Part shown: piece by piece, positions 29,476 to 42,931 of the stretch
How the letters are laid out: each line of letters starts with the position of its first letter
Position numbering within the stretch: position 1 is the stretch's first letter
Assembly (NCBI GenBank): GCA_951406725.2
Contig: OX597815.1
Span: forward strand, 73,222,001 to 73,286,000
Direction of reading: 5' to 3'
DNA length: 64,000 bases
DNA from: Octopus vulgaris
Taxonomy: Eukaryota
Program-made: the position numbers and the translations under genes
The notes under the pieces: generated by a model
The model's input: the letters and a program-made list of their open reading frames with translations, nothing else
The model's database searches: none
What the model was told of the DNA's origin: nothing

Positions 29476-29598
29476 ACACACGCGCGCTCACACACACACA
29501 CATATACATACAGTTTGGCAAGACATCACAAGGGCATTTAATTTAGCAATATAATAAAAGGTTTAGTCTCTCTTTCTATATATATATATATATATATA

Positions 29599-30114
29599 AT
29601 CCGTATACATGTGTTCATTGTGGTTTACCAGATTTGAATTTTCTTCATTCCATTTATTATAATTGTCTAATGTCTCTGGCTCCACCTGAGCACTTCTATG
29701 CAGTCTGTATCTTTGAACACATGTATACGGATTTAATTAAGATAAAAATTGCCCCCAAAACATATATTGATATATTGAAAATACATATAAAAATATGAAA
29801 ATATATGAATATTAAACATATATATGGACATATGAATACATGAACATGCAAACATATTAATAATGAAGTATAGAATTGTACATTTTTTAAAAACGTACAA
29901 TGCTATACGTCATTATATTATTATTATGTTTGTATATTCATATATCTATATGTCCCTATATATTTTTAATATTCATATATTTTCATATTTTTATATGTAT
30001 TTTTAAATGTATTGTTAATATATCAGTATATGTTTTTGAGACAATTTTTATCTTAATTAAATCCGTATACATGGGTTCATTGTGGTTTACCAGATTTGAA
30101 CTTTCTCCATTCCC

Positions 30115-30120
<6 letters not shown>
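29599..30120. repeat. Inverted-plus-direct repeat structure in (TA)n (PLE-like architecture)
   Basis: 29712-29885 inverted to 29890-30079; 29599-29657 repeated directly at 30061-30118. Confidence 0.7.
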
Positions 30121-30145
<25 letters not shown>

Positions 30146-30204
30146 CAGCTGCATGGCTGAAACGAATAAAAGATAAAAGATACACACACACACACATATT
30201 TGAG

Positions 30205-30800
30205 TGGTGTATTTGCCGGGAAAGTGATTTGATTTGAGCCCGTATGTTGAAGCTGAAACATTTACACCGTAGAAGACAAATCAGCCATTCAGAAACAAAC
30301 AAAGACTGTTAACACTTTCCAACCCTTTCATTACCGTATTTATTTTGAGATGCTCTTTGTTTCTTTCAATTACTTTAAATATAACAAAGAATTTAGTAAA
30401 ATAACTTTGTTGTCATTCAGCTAGTGTTAGGGTCATAAATTATGACTAAGGTTTGGTGGAAGATTTTAATTCAAAACTTATGAAAACAAGACATTTGTAC
30501 TACAGAGCCAAAGCCGGTTTGGTAACAAAAGGGTTAAACAGTTACTATTTGGCTCCAAAATTTTCATTGGACCAACTGTAACCTGGTCACTGATGCGATT
30601 CTACTACAGTGGAACCGCATCAGTGAGCAGGTCACAGTTGGTGTGACGAAAATTTTGACACAAACAAAAAAAGTTTAAATGAAGTTGACAGCTTTTGTGT
30701 GTTTTTGAATGGCTAAAATCTATCTTCCATGCTGTAAAAAATGTATATCCAAATTCGCTGAAAACAGGCGAGTGTTTTGCTTCGGCGGCAAAATATTCCT
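30205..30800. mobile_element. Palindromic MITE interrupted by a piggyBac-like MITE
   Basis: ccaactgtaacctggtcactgatgcg / cgcatcagtgagcaggtcacagttgg around 30607; outer arms agccattcagaaac / gtttttgaatggct. Confidence 0.7.
30323..30533. mobile_element. piggyBac-like MITE
   Basis: TIRs ccctttcattacc / ggtaacaaaaggg; TTAA on the right, degenerate ccaa on the left. Confidence 0.65.
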
Positions 30801-31441
30801 GAGAAAGTGTGGTAGCTAAAATAAATGACAGTTTAAATCAAATTAAATAGATTATATTATAACAATACATCCTATTGATTTCCTCCCCTTAAGCCGTGTG
30901 GGCACAATGAGTATTGCGCTTAACTCTTGTTTCATTGAGAGAGCAGATGAGAAATAAATATCTTCCGGTGCAGGACACTGATGTAGTTCCATCACAAACA
31001 AGATTTTTGATTGAACTTTGCAGCCATTGATCTGAGTAAATGTATTTATTTGTCAAATAACTTCGTCCGTTTCTTACCGTTTTATTTTAATACTTTCCAA
31101 TGTCATTTGAATTAACACAAGACATATTTTTATATGGTTTTTGTTGCCATATTCTTCTGGTGATCCGGACAAAGCACCCGCTAAGATAAAATAGCCCTCT
31201 AGACTGTGTGAATAAGGGGAAGATTGTAAAGAAATTTTTGAATAACGTAGGGCACAGCATCGGGTTGTAGTAAAATATCTCAACATTAAGGAGGTTTTCA
31301 ATATTGTGTTTGTTTTAATTTTTCAAAGATACGGTAGGATGTTCTTTTTATTATGCTCATTTTTGTGATTGGGGTTATTATGTAATTAGCATGAGCATTC
31401 AGAGAGCGCAAACCTTCGCCAAGGCAACACCAACGTCCTCG

Positions 31442-32320
31442 TTTATTTTATTGCCCACAAGGTTGCACAATACAAAGACAATGCAAAACATAAATTCAGG
31501 GAAATAAAAATACAAAAAGAAATCGAGTGAAGAAGAAAAAATAAAAAGAAACGAATGAAATTATGAAAATGATAGAACGAGGCGCAATGCCCACTCGACC
31601 TCCGAAGTCGAGTGGTTACATTTAGACATTACTTTGGACAGTTTTGCCTCTCTTTTTTCTTCTACTTAAAAGAAAAAACAAAAAGTTCACATTTTCATCA
31701 TCTGTTTTTTATAAATTGTTCATATTACATTTAATATTTTTTCTCTGAAATTTATAAACTCTTCATGTTCCACCACGGGCAGCAGGGCATTATACAACAC
31801 CGGCCCGCCAATCTCAGTCACCAACTCACCATAAGAACTCATGGACACCTCGCATCCCTTGTCGTTCAACAGAATACACCTCTCACTCTCCCTGAACCCC
31901 CTCCCCGTACCCTCTCCACCTGGACACTCTCCCCTCCACCTTTACACTCTTTACGCAGCAGACTAAGAAACCTTTATGTTTATATTCCCTCTCTCTTGGT
32001 TTCGTCTCGACTGCATGCGCATACCCCGGGCATCCCCTCCGCTTCTGCTGCGAGTCCCTGCAAATGCTCGTCCGACTTCAACCCTTCTCTCCCTTTGGGG
32101 CCGACAAACCCGTCACTCCCCTTCCCCGCCGCCATCGCTCCGTCTTCCCTCGTCTTTACCTCTGACACACCCTAAATCGTCCTTGCCCCCTCTGTCCTCC
32201 CCCACCTCGACCTGCGCTCCAGTCTTCACCTCCTGGTCCCCGTCCACAGCCCTCCCACTCCGAGAATGCTCGTGCCTGGGCACTGTGCCCCCATATGGCC
32301 CCCACTGCACATTTGCAAGA
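31442..32320 (-). mobile_element. Second ORF1-only retroelement, 5'-truncated, inside a Helitron/Helentron-like repeat
   Basis: - strand CSGGHMGAQCP knuckle remnant at ~32275-32310; coding-like tract ends ~31727; 3' end ...ccttgtgggcaataaaataaa; flanks 31391-31440 and 32320-32405 resemble Helentron/Helitron termini. Confidence 0.5.
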
Positions 32321-32449
32321 ATTAATATCTCTATGTAGAGCAAATGTAGACTGAGATACAGAGATCTCAGACGGACAGACAGAATTTCGCTTCTATTATT
32401 ATAGCTGTGATATTTTACATCTCAGAGAAGTGTTCATAAACTACAAAAA

Positions 32450-32910
32450 ATGATTTCAAATTTTGACACAAGGCCAGCAATTTCGGAGGGAGGAGTAAGT
32501 CGATTACGTCGACTCCAATGTTCAGCTGGTACTTATTTTATCGACCCCGAAAGGATGAAAGACAAAGTCGATCTCAGTGACATTTGAACGCAGAACGAAA
32601 AGGCGGACGAAATACTGCTAAGTATTTTGCCCGGCGCGCTAACGATTTGCCATCTTCACCACCTTCAAAGCTTTGCTAATGTTAGCAGAGGAAAAAGGCA
32701 GTGAGCTGGCCGAAGCGTTACCGCACCGGGCAAAATGCTTAGCAGCATTCCGTCCGTCTTTACGTTCTGAGTTCAAATGCCACCGAAGTCGACTTTTCTT
32801 TTTATCTTTTGGGGGTCGATAAAATAAGTACCATTTGACCCCTGAGGTCGATGTAATCGACTTACCCCCTCTCCCAAAATTGCTGGCCTTGTACCAAAAC
32901 TTGAATCCAA
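32450..32910. mobile_element. Head-to-head pair of SINE B copies
   Basis: 32450-32665 (-) and 32697-32910 (+); TSD-like ttagcagaggaaa around the second copy. Confidence 0.85.
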
Positions 32911-33641
32911 TATTAGCAGAGGAAAGGGAGTGATAAACTAGAAATAATAATAAAAATTGCTTGTTTTTTTGTTCGGGGGTGGGGGAGGATTTTGTCCTTA
33001 AGGGGTTTTTTCCTAGGTTTTTTTCCCCAGGATTATTTTTTTCCTAGGTGGGGGTTTGTCCTACACTCATCCTTCCTCTACAACTTTTGTTTATCGTTTT
33101 TTTTATTTTTTATTTGGATAACTTTCACGCCATGTCAGATATTTGACGACAGAGTGTTCATAATCTAGTTAAAAACAGCTAATAAATCTGATAACCCAAC
33201 TGAATAAACTGACCTAATGAAAGAGATAACGAAAAGACAAAATGTCATGGCTATGAATTCCTGATCCTTGATCACATAATCCAATAATTTATCCAGTCGG
33301 CCATTCTACCTATAAGGAGCGTTACTAAAAGACCGCATCTTAAAATTCGCTTGTATTACATTCCTCGCGATAGCGTCTATTAAATTCGTCCTTTGAGACT
33401 TCGTTTCAACTGAAGTAACTAAAAGTAACTAAAAGTACGTATTTTGTTTTTGCTAAAATGTCACGGAAACAATTGTTAGTAATTGTTGTTGTCATCGATG
33501 TTGCTACTGCTTTCGTTGTTATTGTTGTTGATGATGGTGATAATGATGATCATGATCATGATCATGATGATGGGGTTGTTGATGTTGGAGCTCGTGTTGT
33601 TGTTGTTGTTGTTGTTGTTGTTTTTGTTGTTGTTGTTGTTG

Positions 33642-33683
<42 letters not shown>

Positions 33684-33769
33684 TTGTTGTTGTTGTCGTC
33701 GTCGTCGTCGCTGGATAATCCTAACTTCATAAGTATCATAACCATATTCAGAAAGAAACCGATAGGATA

Positions 33770-34090
33770 AGTACTTGACATGATCGTAAGATTGTGGTTT
33801 CATGGAAACCAGCTCATATGATATCGTCATAACTCGAGAATGTAACTCTACTTTTAGTGGTTACGGTGTTGGACTCCTGATCATAAGATTGTGGTTTCGA
33901 TTCCTGAACCGGACAACGCATTGTATTGTTGAACAAAACCCTTCATTTTACTTTGCACCAGTTTAACTCAACTGGTAAAAATGAGTAATCCTATGAAGGA
34001 CTGGCGTCCCATCCAGAAGGAGAATATATACGCCATAGAAACTGGGAAACCGTCCTTTATGAGTCTATGTGACAGAGGAAGGATTTTTAT
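33770..34090 (+). mobile_element. SINE family C, degenerate
   Basis: tgatcataagattgtggtttcgattcctg...ttgaacaaaacccttcattt, as at 4404. Confidence 0.7.
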
Positions 34091-34884
34091 CCTTTTTTCT
34101 TTTTATATTTTGTTGGTATGCGGATATCACGTTTTTACCTACATGTCTGGATAAAATACTGGGGAACTATTCCAGACCGATCTTTACCATTGTCTCTGAG
34201 ACACATTTTACAGATCTGGACTCTGGTTGTGATTCTGGCTGAGTATAGGGGTGATGGTGAAGGCGGCAGTGATGGTAGCAGTGGTGGTGGTAGTGGTGGT
34301 GGTAGTGGTGGTGGTGGTGGTGGTGGTAGTGGTGGTGGTAGTGGTGGTGGAGCTGCTGCTGTTGCTGGTAGAGGTGGTGATGATGGTAAAGGCGGTGGTT
34401 GTGGTGATGGTAGCGACGGCAGCGGTTGTGACGTTATTAGTGGTGATGGTGGTGGTGTTGGTGATGGCTGTGGTGCTGGTGGTAGAGGTTGCGGTGGTGG
34501 TGGTGGTGGCAGCGGTGGTGGCAATGGTGATGGCAGTGGGAAAAGCGGCCGTGATGATGGCGGCGGCGTGGGGTGATGGTGGTGGTAGAGGTGGCGGTGG
34601 TGGCAGAAGTGGTAATAGTGGATGGTATGGAGTGTCACATCACATGTTAAACTTACCAGTCTTTAGCTATTAGTTGGATATCGCACTTTTCACTTGACAA
34701 CAAAGCATTCCACAAAGAACTAGAATCTTCGGTTTACTCAGCAATTATAAACCTATATAATACAAGCTAGATAAAGTTTTGATTTTTTTGGGTGCTGGCA
34801 AAAAAACCACACATCACCAGAGAAAGAAGGACTAAGAATCGGTTGGATCTACCCCAGTACATTACTAATATTTATGCTATGTAA

Positions 34885-35465
34885 GGTGGCGAGCTGGCAG
34901 AAAAGTTAACACGCCGGGCGAAATGCTTAGCGGCATTTCGTCTGCCGTTACGTTCTGAGTTCAAATTCCGCCGAGGTCAACTTTGCCTTTCATCCTTTCA
35001 GGTTCGATAAATTAAGTTCCAGTTGCATACTGGGATCGATCTAATCGACTGGCCTCCTCTGCCAAAATTTCGGGCCTTGTGCCTAGAGTAGAAAAGAATT
35101 CCACCGAGGTCGACTTTGCCTTTAATCATTTCGGGGTCGATAAATTAAGTACCATTTGCGTACTGGAGTCGATCTAATCGACTGGTCCCTTTCCACAAAA
35201 TTTCAGGCCTTGTGCCTCGAGTAGAAAAGAATATTTTTGATATGTAAGGCAGCGAGCTGGCGGAAACGTTAGCACGCCGGGCGAAATGCTTAGCGGCATT
35301 TCGTCTGCTCTTACGTTCTGTGTTCAAATTCCGCCGAGGTCGATTTTGCCTTTCATCCTTTCGGGGCCGATAAATTACGCACGAGTTGCGTACTGGGGAC
35401 AATCTAATCGACTGGCCCTCTCCGCTAAAATTTTGTGCCTTGTGCCTAGAGTAGAAAAGAATATT
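34885..35465 (+). mobile_element. Three tandem old-tail SINE B copies
   Basis: Each ends ggccttgtgcctagagtagaaaagaat. Confidence 0.88.
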
Positions 35466-35691
35466 TATATGTTAACCCTTACTCTATCCAAAGGATTTTC
35501 CTAAGTGTTGTCCTAAACGTTTGGGCTTGTTTTCAGAGTTTAGTTATTGGAGGATTACTTGGTTTGATTGGTGGGTTTTATATATATATATAAAGGTAAG
35601 CAGAGTTAGCGGTTGGAATAACCATCTAAGGTACCCTATGCTCATAGGGTACAGGTAAAAAGCTGAATAAACAAAAGTTTATCAGTAATCA

Positions 35692-35903
35692 AATTTAAAT
35701 AAGCAGAAAATGAAGAAAAGTTTTGATCAGCAAAGAAATTGACCAACATCGGTTAAGTACTTTTTAAAAAGAAAATATAACATAACATTACATAACATTA
35801 CATAATGTAATGTTATATCATGTTTTGTATTAAAAAAGAATTAACCGATGTAGGTCACTTTGTTGATCAAAAGTTTTCTCCACTCTCTGCTTATCTAAAT
35901 TTA
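35692..35903. repeat. ~210-bp degenerate palindrome
   Basis: aaatttaaataagcaga...ttttgatcagcaaag...catcggttaa / ttaaccgatg...ctttgttgatcaaaa...tctgcttatctaaattt. Confidence 0.7.
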
Positions 35904-36777
35904 TCTCTTATTATAAAAGGCAGATTTTATCTGCCTCCCTTTGGGAGTTATAGAAATCTACAATATAGGATTTCTTCAATTACAATTTACCTACCATTTT
36001 TAAGAGTACAATGCATCGCGTCATGCCAGGTCCAGTTTTTAAAATTTAAACTCCAATTAAGCAAAATTTACAGAAAACTCACATTCTGGTGTGTGTGTCA
36101 AATGCTTTTCTTAGTCTGGTTTACACCACACGCAAACGCACACACACAGTGGGCAACGAATAAAATGAAAGTAAATAGCGACAGAGTGATTTGAGGAAGA
36201 CTAAACTGAAAGTATTCTGTCTATGACGCTGATAGATACATGAGTAAAATGTATGGGAAGCTAAGAGCTAAGAGTGAGTGAAAATGTTCTTGGAAGAGAG
36301 TAAATAGCGAGAGAGAGAGAGAGTGATTTGAGGAAGACTTTACATTGTGTTAGTAATAAAGTAAACATACACTCATACATACATACATACATACATACAT
36401 ACATACATACATACATACATACACACATACATACATACATACATATATACATACACACACACATACATACACACACACATACATACACACACATACATAC
36501 ATACACACATACATACATACATACATACATATACATACATACATACATACATACATACATACATACACACACACACATACACACACACACAGTATTGAAG
36601 CTTGAGAACAATCAGATACATTTGCAACACATCTGTTGAAAATATTATTGTTCACACACATACATATACATATATACATACAGACAGACAGACAGATAGA
36701 CACACACACACACACATGATCCAGCATGGCCACAACCTCAAGGCTGAAACATATAAAAGAATAACAGAATATAAATG

Positions 36778-37140
36778 TGTGCAAAGTACAAGAAATATTA
36801 ATGCAGTATATGGGGATTGGACAATAAGCGTAAGGCAGTGTCAATGGTGGTTCCAGAAATCCCGAGCCATAAACTACAGCCTAGAAGACGAGCCTCATCC
36901 TGAAAGATCTGTAGAACTCGACAAGGACATCCTGAAAACCCTGGTGGAACAAAATCTCATCGTAACTGTTGAGGAACTAGCAGAGAAGCTTGGATTTGGT
37001 CATTCAACCATTCATTGAGACCTGTGTGCTATCGGAAAAGTCAGCAAATTGGGTCAATGGGTTCCTCACGAACTTTCCGAGTCTAATTGCATGCAGAGAG
37101 TGAATGTATGCTTTTCTTTGCTGTCACATCTCACCACTAC
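36778..37140 (+). mobile_element. mariner transposase N-terminal fragment
   Basis: RNINAVYGDWTISVRQCQWWFQK...SLEDEPHPERS...TVEELAEKL and the WVPHEL motif at ~37058; same family as 54247. Confidence 0.9.
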
Positions 37141-37153
37141 TGCGCTATGTATA

Positions 37154-37790
37154 TCTATATATATAAAACTGTAGTTGTGTGAGTGTCTGTCCCCTTCGAT
37201 TTAGATTCCTAACTACTCCCACATTTTGCGGTGCAGTTTAACCAAATTCGGGTAGCTTATAGTCGTGATTCATATCGAGCCCGTCTGAATATTAGCGCGC
37301 GTCTACGATGAGTCTACGATTTTAAAAATAATTTAACATCATTTTTTATTCCATTTTAATGCATAATTTTTCGTGTGTCGATGGCGGCGGAGTTGGCGTC
37401 CACGCTCACACCTGCACCTGTGGGGAAGGGAGTGTAAGGAAATCAACGTCGTAATGCGTTGTCAAGGAGACCAGTGTTCTTTTAGAACAACGACTTCATG
37501 GCTTGAAGACACCAAAACAGAAATGGCTAAGAAAGCGTCTACATGAGTCTACGATTTAAAAAAAAATTTACCATCGTTTTTTTTCCATTTTAATGCATTT
37601 TTTCGCTATTATATAAGGGAAGTAACTCTCTAAAAATGTCTACGATGAGTCAACGATTTAAAAAAAAATTTACCATCATATTTTTTCCATTTTTAATGCA
37701 TTTTTTGCTATTTTTTGGCTATAACTCTCTAAAAATGCTTATATAGTTATTTCCCTTACAAACCCGAGCAACGCCGGGCGATACTGCTAG
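37154..37790 (+). mobile_element. Complete non-autonomous Helitron
   Basis: 5' TC(tatatatataaaa), 3' hairpin cccgagcaacgccggg then CTAG; inserted between A and T with no TSD. Confidence 0.88.
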
Positions 37791-37864
37791 TATATATATA
37801 TAAGGCAGTTATTATAGCACTCTACCGTTCTTATCACTCCACTGTCCGACTGTTAACGAAATAT

Positions 37865-39170
37865 TGGCTTCAAATTTTGCCAGTAGTTTTGGGGGTAGGG
37901 GGAAATCGATTACATTGGTCCCAGTGCTCAACTGGTACTTATTTTATTGATTTCGAAAGGATGAAAGGCAAAGTCGACCTCGGCGAAATTTGAATTCAGA
38001 ACATAAAGACGTACGAACTGTCATTAATCATTTTGTCCGGCGTGTTAACTATTGTGCCAGCTCGCTACCTTATGGTAAATGAAATATTGATAAATATATT
38101 CCATGAATAAACTCTATGAGAAAAATTCTTCAGACGAAGGCACAGGCATGGCTGTATGGTTAAGGAGCTCTCTTTGCAACCACGTGACTTCGAATCCAGT
38201 CCCACTTTGTGGCATCTTGACCAAATGTTTTCCGTTATAGCCCCGGGTCAACCAATTCCTTGTAAATAAATTCGATAGACAGAAACTGTGGAATCGTGTC
38301 GTGTATATATATGTGTGTATATTCGTTCCCACCCTCTATTCACACACACACCGCTTGACAACTGGTGTTGGTTTATTTACGTCCCCCGTAACTTAGCGGT
38401 TCGGCAGAAGAAATTGATATAATAGGTAGCAGACTTCAAAAAAATAAAAATACTGGGGTAGTTTTGTTCGACTGAACTCTTCAAGGCGATGTCCGAGCAT
38501 GACTGAAACAAATAGAAAATAAAAGATGAACGATAAATCCACAGAGAATCTTAAAATTAACGTATCATGATTTCTACAATAAACCGCTTATCCTGGATCC
38601 TTCTTCTAAAGCCCCACTACAGAAGGAATACATGACAATATTGATTTTACCAGGATTACCGCTTGATTGACATCTGTCATACAGTTTCTAAGAAGGCCTT
38701 GGTACCTCTGTAACTGGGAATTCAATGGATGTTGTGCGTACTTAGTAAGCTGATAGGTGAATTGCGGCAAGTATCCAAAAAATTCATTCCCAAATCTGAC
38801 AATGTGCAGGCGTGGTTGTGTGGTAAGGAGTTTGCTTCCCAACCACATGGTTCCGGGTTCAGTCTCGCTGCATGGTATTTTAGGCAAGTGTCTTCTACGA
38901 CAGCCTCGGGTCGACCAAAGCCTTGTGAGTGGATTTGGTACACGGAAACTGAAAGAAGCCCAGCGTATATACAACATACGTACATACATACAGGTGTATA
39001 TGTGTGTCTGTGTTCCACCACCACCAACACTTGACAACTGGTGTTAGTGTGTTTACGTCCACGCAACTTAGCAGTTCAGTAAAATATACCGATAGAAGTA
39101 CCAGGTTTTTTAAAAATTGTAAGTACTGGGGTTAATTCCAACAACTAAAATTCTTCAAGGTGGTGTCTCC
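37865..39170. mobile_element. SINE cluster: B (37865-38070, -), A (38140-38525, +), A (38805-39170, +)
   Basis: Matches to family motifs. Confidence 0.8.
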
Positions 39171-39241
39171 AAAATCTCATGTGAGTCTGTTAAGGGCCAG
39201 ACTTTAAATTGAGTTTTTAGCGTTGAGTGAACAAGCGATAA

Positions 39242-39741
39242 CACTGTGTAACAAAGTTTTTATTTATTTATTTATTTATTTATTGTTTTTGTCAGTAGGT
39301 GTTATTTCCTATTTGCTTCTGTCTAGAAATCGAAGGAAATGACTACTATCCCCTTCAAACTTTGCTTTTGTAACCTAGACATTCAATATTTTGAAACTGA
39401 CTTATTTTCCGTTACATTTCAAACAGATTCAACGCTGAATTGCTGAAGCAGAAATATCGTTATAGCAAATATTCTGCTCGGATTTGTTTGTCAGTTGCTT
39501 GATCTTAACCTCTAGAACATGTCCTTTAGTGGCAGAGTAATTACTATAGGCATCTCTAATCACAAGCAGGAGTAGTGGGAGGGCATCATAGCTATGTGTT
39601 GAGAGGGATTCTTTGGGGTTTGTATAAATGTAACAAAAGCAAAGTTTGGAGGAAATATTAACAATTTTTCATACTTTCTAGGGGTAAGTAAATAGGAAAT
39701 AACAGATGTTACCCAAGGACAAAAATCGTGTTACACAGTGT
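39242..39741. mobile_element. Tc1/mariner-type MITE with long TIRs
   Basis: cactgtgtaac...tgttatttcctatttgctt...caaactttgcttttgt / acaaaagcaaagtttg...aagtaaataggaaataaca...gttacacagtg + TA. Confidence 0.7.
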
Positions 39742-40574
39742 AATTATTCTTTACAATAAAGTGTAAAATACGCTCAAAGAAACACCTTGATCAATAGCGA
39801 AGCTAGTATATGTGCCGCCAGGAGCAGCCCTTGTTTGTGGTCCCCGCCCTTAAACAGGCTTATACAGCAGACCCAAAAGATCGCTCCCATAAAAGCGTCG
39901 ACCAGGACGGACCGTCATCTGTTCCCGCAACGTTACTGACCAGGATATGATTTGAATTAACGACCTTGAAGCGGACAGTTCCCACTATTGATTATACTTA
40001 CAAGTAAATGGTTTCAGAACCTGTATAACGTTGTTTACAATACTTTGCGGTATTTAGTTACACCCCTTTATATTCTAGGTTCGAATCCACCGAGAGCAGC
40101 TTAACCCTTTTATTTTATATTATTTTTTTTCATCATAGGTCGATGAAATACATATTAGTCAAATAGTAATTACGATATAATTATCTCTTTCATCATTTGT
40201 GATCTTATTGTCTACGGTAAAAATAATAATTTTTATACTGTGCACATTTTTTTGATCTAATCCTTAATGTATGACATATTAATTACAAAGTATAGTGTTA
40301 ATTTTATTATTACATGCATAATATATATTAACATTACTACTGCATGGTAGATATTAAAGGCAGGCGTCCTTCTGTATGCATATTACTGATGTTAATATCA
40401 CTGCTATATGATAAATATTAAGACAGGTTCCAGTGTTAATAACATATGTATATAATTGATATTGATATTGCAACTACATGATAAATATTTAGAGAGTATA
40501 ATGTTGATATTACTGCAATATGCTATTACTGCATCTAAAGCCACTATAGACAGACTATAGTGTGAATATTAATT

Positions 40575-41090
40575 TCATATTTTGGCACAAGGCCAGCAAT
40601 TTCGGGAGAGGGAGTAAGTCGATAACATCGACCCCAGTACTCAACTGGTACTTATTTCATCGATCACCGAAAGGATGAAAGGCAAAGTCGACATCGGGGG
40701 AACTTGAACTCAGAACATGAAGGCAGACGAAATACTGCTAAGCATTTTGCCCGGCGTGCTAACGATTCCGCCAGCTCATCGCCTTTCGATTAGCTCTAAT
40801 AATACTAAATAAACGTTTTTAAATAACAGCAATGTTCTGCAAGAAGGATCTTTAATCGTAGATTAATGAATAAATAAGCAAATGGAAATAATTTCAGGTA
40901 ATTATTACTCCTTCATTAAATATTACAAGAAATTACGATCATTATTATTATTCAAATTCCGCAGAGGTCGACTTTGCCTTTAATCCTTTCGAGGCCGATA
41001 AATTAAGTACCAGTGAAACACTGGAGTCGATGTAATAGACTTAACCCCCTTCCCTAATTTCAGGCCTTGTGCCTTTAGTAAAAAGGATTA
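40575..41090. mobile_element. SINE B copies (40575-40785 -, 40950-41090 +)
   Basis: Central domain and tails. Confidence 0.8.
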
Positions 41091-41181
41091 TTATTATTAT
41101 CTTTATTGTTTATTGTTGTTGTCGATGTTGTTCTAATTGTTATTATTGTTATTTTTTAGTGGTTGTTTGTCCATCAGTCTG

Positions 41182-41246
<65 letters not shown>

Positions 41247-41807
41247 CCGCAGATGATCAGCCACGTCTTGTATGATCGAAGATTATTCACAAGTTTTATT
41301 CCTCTTCAATGTTATCTTGCAAGAGTCAGGCAATTCCAGTGCGGTGCATCCACTTGTAGGATTAAATTATTTCTTTGTGAGTTTTTTTTTCCTTTCTCTG
41401 TTTCGTAATCCCTTCTTTACATGCTTTTTATAAATCTGAGTCATACAAAGCAGGTTTACAAAAAGCCTTTTACGCATACAAATGATTCTTGAAGTTTGAT
41501 TATTATGTTATCTCACAGAGACTTTTTCTTGTTTACACCAACTAGCCTCATTATTCTACTGGAGCCAATGAGAGAGAGGGGGAGAAGGAGAGAGAGAGAC
41601 AGTGCATTAGAGCGGTACCTAGTGCTGTTAGAAATAAGAATTGAATCTCCCTTAATTTTATACTGTTTCAGCAAAAGAAAAGAATTTATAGGACATTTAG
41701 GACAATACACTTCAGACATGTGTGTATGCATGCGTGCGTGCATGTGTGCGTGTGTGTAGGTGTGCGTGCGTGTGTACATGGATATATATACATACTATTG
41801 CCATGAT

Positions 41808-41851
<44 letters not shown>

Positions 41852-41870
41852 TTACGACTACTACTACTAA

Positions 41871-42122
41871 GGCGGCGAGCTGGCAGAATCGTTAGCACGC
41901 CGGGCGAAATGTGTAGCCGTATTTCGTCTGCCGCTACGTTCTGAGTTCAAATTCCGCCAAGGTCGACTTTGCCTTTCATCCTTTCAGGGTCAATAAATTA
42001 TGTACCAGTTACGCACTGGGGTCGATATAATCGACTTAATCCGTTTGTCTGTCCTTGTTTGTTCTCTCTGTGTTTATCCCCTTGTGGGTAGTAAAGAAAT
42101 AGGTATTTCGTCTGCCGCTACG
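41871..42122 (+). mobile_element. New-tail SINE B followed by the start of a second unit
   Basis: Junction aaagaaata|ggtatttcgtctgccgctacg at 42101/2. Confidence 0.88.
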
Positions 42123-42203
42123 CTCGGGAAGGTGAGAAAGTCTTTTACGTTTCGAGCCTATGCTCTTCAACAGAAATGAACACGAGAAAATAAACACAGA
42201 GAG

Positions 42204-42275
<72 letters not shown>

Positions 42276-42430
42276 TAGCCGACCGAAAACACTTTTCTGC
42301 AAAATAGGGGTAACTTATTCTGTTCAGGCTATATTATTAGCATTATACTGCGTTTGAGAATTTAAAATCACTTCTTTAACTTTCTAAGACATCTCAACGC
42401 TTCTGCAGCAAACTTCGTTTGTTTGTTTAC

Positions 42431-42466
<36 letters not shown>

Positions 42467-42483
42467 GATCGTCTGGTAAGTCT

Positions 42484-42551
<68 letters not shown>

Positions 42552-42873
42552 GTATTATTTACATTTGACGGATATTTGTCCTCATCTTGTTTGTTTTTTG
42601 TTCTGAACACAGAACCATGTGGTTGGTAAGCAAGCTTCTTAACACACAGTCTATGTGTATATATATATTATATGTATATATTATGTTTTCTCTCCCTTTT
42701 CTCTCCTCTTTTTCTCTCCTTTTTTTCTCTCCTTGATTTTTCTGTGTCCCTTTCTGTAGAAGAGCGTAGGCTCGAAACGTAAAATACTTTTTCTATCCCT
42801 GAGCGTTATACTAATACATCTGTTTGTTTTGTACACCACCTGTCTTCGTCTTTTGTTTTTTTTAGTAAACTCT

Positions 42874-42880
<7 letters not shown>
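42121..42880. mobile_element. Inverted pair of PLE-derived termini with hammerhead motifs, in (TA)n
   Basis: 42121-42205 (-) is homologous to 42720-42806 (+). Confidence 0.65.
42750..42785 (+). ncRNA. Minimal hammerhead-like motif (core CUGUAGA)
   Basis: cttt-CTGTAGA-a-gagc gtag gctc-GAAA-c-GTA-aaa; second copy on - strand at 42142-42176 (CTGTTGA...GAAACGTA-aaag). Confidence 0.6.

Positions 42881-42931
<51 letters not shown>

Noticed and set aside
34118-34673. Gly-rich / Pro-rich ORFs
   Set aside because: (GGT)n-derived low complexity
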